Assembly (NCBI GenBank): GCA_039798785.1
Contig: JBDKFG010000009.1
Span: forward strand, 27,054-91,053
Direction of reading: 5' to 3'
Length of the DNA stretch: 64,000 nucleotides
DNA from: Verrucomicrobiota bacterium
GTDB taxonomy: Bacteria; Verrucomicrobiota; Lentisphaeria; Lentisphaerales; Lentisphaeraceae
This document shows, in pieces, positions 62,501 to 64,000 of the stretch. The notes beneath the pieces were generated by a model. It had not been told where the DNA came from. It worked only from the letters and a program-made list of their open reading frames with translations, and made no database searches. Numbering within the stretch: position 1 is the first letter of the stretch; each line of letters begins with the position of its first letter. Position numbers and translations under genes: made by a program.

Positions 62501-64000
62501 GGACAACGGCGCCGGTGGCACCACCATCGCCGCCGCCGTCACTGCCGATCTCGTCGCCGGCACCATCCTCACCACCGATCCCTCGGTGATCACCGATGAC
62601 AACGGCGTCACCAATGCCGTCTTCGCCTACACTTGGCAGACCTCCTTCGACGGTCTTGTCTGGACCACGGTCGGCACCGAGCGCACCTACACTCTCGCCA
62701 GCACCGACGCCCACAAGTTCGTGCGTGTCACCGTCTCGCTCACCGATGACGACGGCTTCGCCGAATCCCGCAGCTCCGCCCCCACCGACCAACAGGTGAA
62801 TGGACAGCTCGTCGGCACCCCCCTCGTCGTTGGCTCCGCGGTCCAAGGCGAAGTCCTCACCGCGGACCTCTCCGGCATCACCGACATCAACGGCCTGCCC
62901 TACACCCTGACCTTCGGCGTCGCTGGCGCCGGCGTCACCTTCTTGTGGCAGTCGTCGAACGACGGCATCACCTGGGGCACCGCCGCCGGAGGCACCACCA
63001 ACGCGCAGACTTACACTGTCGATGCCGGCGACTCCAGCCAGCACCTGCGCGTCCTGGTCACCTTCACTGACGTTGACGGCCATGCCGAAAGCATCGTCTC
63101 GGCCCGCACCGTCCTCGTCGACGGCGATGTCACCGCCGGTACCGTCGTCGTCGGCTTGGGCTTGGGTTCAGCCGGCTATCAGGTCGGTGCTCAGCTTGAA
63201 GCGGACGTCACCGCCGCCTTCGTCGATCCCAACGGCGTTCCCGCCATCGATACCTACACCTACCAGTGGCAGTACAGCACCGACGCCGGCGCCTCCTGGA
63301 CCAGCATCTCGGGCGCTACCGCCCGGACCTACATCGTCAGCAGCGACATGGCCGACAAGACCATCCGTGTCCTGACCAGCTTCGTCGATCTCGACGGTTA
63401 CACCGAGACCATCGCTTCGGGCGCCACCGTCGCCATCAACGCCCCCTCGACCGGCTCCACCTTCATCGGCGGCAGCGCCGTCGAAGGCCAGACCCTCGAG
63501 GCCGACGTCACCACCATCGTCGACGTCAACGACAGCACCCTGACCTTCAGCTACGACTGGCAGTACTCGGTCGACGGCGTCAACTGGGTCACCACCGGCG
63601 TGACCACCAAGACCTACGCCCTCACCGCCGCTGACGGCCACCGCTACATGCGCGTCGTCGTCACCGCGGCCGACAGCGTCACCTCGACCACCACCAGCTT
63701 CACCTCGGCCAGCACCGTCCGCGTCAACGACATCAACAGCGCCACTGTTGCCGTCGCCTACGCCAACGCCTCGAGCGAGATGACCGCCGGCCAGACCGTC
63801 GAAGCCGACGTCAGCGCCATCACCGCCGCGCAAGATGCCAACGGCGTCCCCGCCGCCAACAACTTCGCCTACCAGTGGCAGGCCTCCAATGACGGCGGCA
63901 ACACCTGGGTCAGCATCTCCGGCGCCAACGCCAGCCGCTACACCCTCGCCACCAGCGACGCCGGCAAGACCATCCGCGTCATCGTCAGCTACACCGACCT
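56529..64000 (+). CDS. Second giant surface protein (partial, >2,490 aa): LEPR-XLL leader, DUF4347 domain, then ~20 tandem ~100-aa Ig-like repeats
   Basis: Absent from the ORF track, consistent with no stop in the window. ATG 56529 with GAGG RBS: MIDRNHDERPQIENLEERILMSA...IVIVDSGV...LHIVSHGSNGQLQLG...DILLYGCDVA...TGADVAASDDKSG (DUF4347). Same frame at 59280 and 63960. Repeats read YQWQ.S.DG..W..I.GAT..TYT...D....RV.VSYTD. Confidence 0.92.
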   Translation, partial: MIDRNHDERPQIENLEERILMSASPVQDEAYVAVAVQTEPAAEQQPAQVVTEIVIVDSGVKDPAAFLATIPATAEVHVLNTDSSGVDQISAILAGKTGITALHIVSHGSNGQLQLGNGSLNASNVAETAAWKNALSNDADILLYGCDVAQDAQGSAFVAALANTTGADVAASDDKSGSVALGGDSDLEVAYGKIEAKALILEKIKGLLADIASVDVINPSANMPTKADQLDVRLNASFDTSNIGDDDYLSVMVYLERSVDGQWTAVDGARLEYWNNDAGTIAAIAAAAPSATRITYASGQSDANSLWNYEFTAANLDPDEAGTYRVRAEFVYGDDNGNNGPDTGDTVEAMISVSTSFYVANLATNDNNSTLTLQSSGTAGAPAVGDVLFAGLNFDDDNFAAPTGSYTYNVKWQVSATGAAGSWADVAGAVTNTFTLAPEHAGLFVRAVATYTDEDGFENTSVSAATAAAVAASSTSNNNTSSVTVTNAGVAVGNIDVGDILTASFTIADTNNAITNYNANVSLQWQVSTNGTSWADILGATTSTYTVTSDMLGNQIRALISYTDDEGFLNVAASAASNDVTAATGNTAVTGTLQILNSANVVIDTSNGAATPPAQVGDVLSASVTNLTDPNGLPLEINYQWQVSVSGDVNDEAGWVNIIGATGIEYTVDIAQLGKFLRYVISFTDNAGYSEVLKSAPTEDAVIAANNLTSGLPIITGDAIEGQTLSVDLSQISDADGMTSPAFTYQWQHFDDVTGWTNIAGAIASTYPIANPSLFVGERLRVIVGYTDDLLTVESVTSAATPAVSAFVTPGGSMTPGGNGTATSFTVNGTPQVGQILTASVTGLADPEGLPPSVNYSWQVSASGTSGWTTIEGASGVQYTLTAAEEGLFVRALITYVDNAGNNEAIGSTPSPQIGPAAAASVSGLITGILLADYPIPPLTADPSIQDGLLTDYWWQYTVDGGLTWNSIQTSDIDLTLIGDYVGGQIRVYDVTNGIVLAGPVGPVGEYNNTVVGYTGIPATGNVLTAFLSGPYLDSALNSLNDTNTVNLDTDVSYTWQRSFDGGTTWVNVGFSRSYSVTAADAGSVLRFLASYTDDFGVAENAAHFPIQIGAINAGPEGVVRLVGDVRLDNSTTPLTADFSGVTDANGINTDPDGNPATPAYTYLWEYSIDNGASWAQIGGTTSTTTTILNPSTDLLDSGSALLTAGALVRVSVTYVDMHPNANVATVTSQARYVYATTPITAASSSPNAPTYVSFVVDTSTQSPSVLTANLTGLSDADGLPGPDGFSYQWQISSDNGTTWSAIVGATSTTYTVPAADQTKVFRVSVSYVDGSGHNETFNSLPNHIVENRPLITQAATVLTSDITGLVDDDGKVVNILTTLAYQWQYSSDGVTWTNLVTNAVAAAYDLTDAALELGSIDGKSFRVVVSFDDDLGNSETVASLGFSNTVRTGSVVIDNFPGVDATFVGATIDANTTGLADVNGLGAFTYQWQNSSDGVTWTDIVGATASTYDLQLSDLRKYVRVAVSFIDAAGFTETATYATSLPQLNPSQTLIPGTIGSPTVGNTLLAYVTGSFQDTSGNIYPSIDTVNLDTEVSYTWQRSFDNGISWINVAYTRSYTLTAADAGADIQFVATLVNDYGVTETVTMFPLQVGAPNVGPVGLPRISDTVRTDIASTLSVDYSAVYDANGINTLEPFTYSWQVSADNGATWTPVSATATIDPNALGLTAGNLLRVVFSYTDLLAPTANVETVTSQSVYIYGAAPIVADSTSPSAPTYVSFVVDTSTKSPTVLTANLTGLSDADGLPPVDTFSYQWQVNDGSGWTTITGATASTYTVPEADHAKTFRVAVSYTDLGGHLESFTSVPNHLVQNRPVITVGGVIAGQITGPAGTTLTADTDGVVVTMTTEEKLALADADGLGAFSYQWQRSLDGVTWMDIGGATLLTYDTVAEDAGHYLRVVVSYTDLLGNAEVVASLATDRYNIAAAGTPIIQTVKDNGAGGTTIAAAVTADLVAGTILTTDPSVITDDNGVTNAVFAYTWQTSFDGLVWTTVGTERTYTLASTDAHKFVRVTVSLTDDDGFAESRSSAPTDQQVNGQLVGTPLVVGSAVQGEVLTADLSGITDINGLPYTLTFGVAGAGVTFLWQSSNDGITWGTAAGGTTNAQTYTVDAGDSSQHLRVLVTFTDVDGHAESIVSARTVLVDGDVTAGTVVVGLGLGSAGYQVGAQLEADVTAAFVDPNGVPAIDTYTYQWQYSTDAGASWTSISGATARTYIVSSDMADKTIRVLTSFVDLDGYTETIASGATVAINAPSTGSTFIGGSAVEGQTLEADVTTIVDVNDSTLTFSYDWQYSVDGVNWVTTGVTTKTYALTAADGHRYMRVVVTAADSVTSTTTSFTSASTVRVNDINSATVAVAYANASSEMTAGQTVEADVSAITAAQDANGVPAANNFAYQWQASNDGGNTWVSISGANASRYTLATSDAGKTIRVIVSYTD

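Noticed and set aside
58125..63083. 1,652-aa minus-strand ORF (also 56472-57848 and 63168-63833)
   Set aside because: Antisense shadows of the + strand DUF4347/Ig-repeat gene. Strong C-ending codon bias removes stops on the opposite strand, and the translations have no recognisable motifs.

Overview
High-GC bacterial DNA, most consistent with the PVC superphylum (Lentisphaerota-like). The evidence is an H-X9-DG prepilin-type gene, a kinase-TPR-LRR protein and LEPR-XLL giant proteins. The left 26 kb is a patchwork of housekeeping and accessory genes: a CNNM fragment, an mglA/mglB operon, a pilin-like gene, a Ser/Thr kinase, GH29 fucosidase, folC, GxxExxY, larB, Sel1, rhodanese, OsmC, an OlsF-like acyltransferase, an aminotransferase, a MATE pump, ppx and ppk1. 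The right 38 kb is one coherent locus. It holds a 7,778-aa LEPR-XLL/PA14/RTX giant protein and a second giant LEPR-XLL/DUF4347/Ig-repeat protein (>2,490 aa, running off the window, missing from the ORF track). These are interleaved with a PqqD-like/M50-peptidase/MFP fusion, DUF3467 and two membrane-fusion proteins, with no ABC ATPase or TolC in view. Top leads: (1) a putative leader-peptide-directed export system for giant proteins; (2) a GxxExxY nuclease-like gene bracketed by two 10-bp-periodic inverted-repeat elements, with a duplicated RBS, plus several other periodic inverted-repeat families in intergenic DNA; (3) a bacterial kinase with a WNK-type relocated catalytic lysine. All family assignments come from motif recognition by eye, not from database searches.
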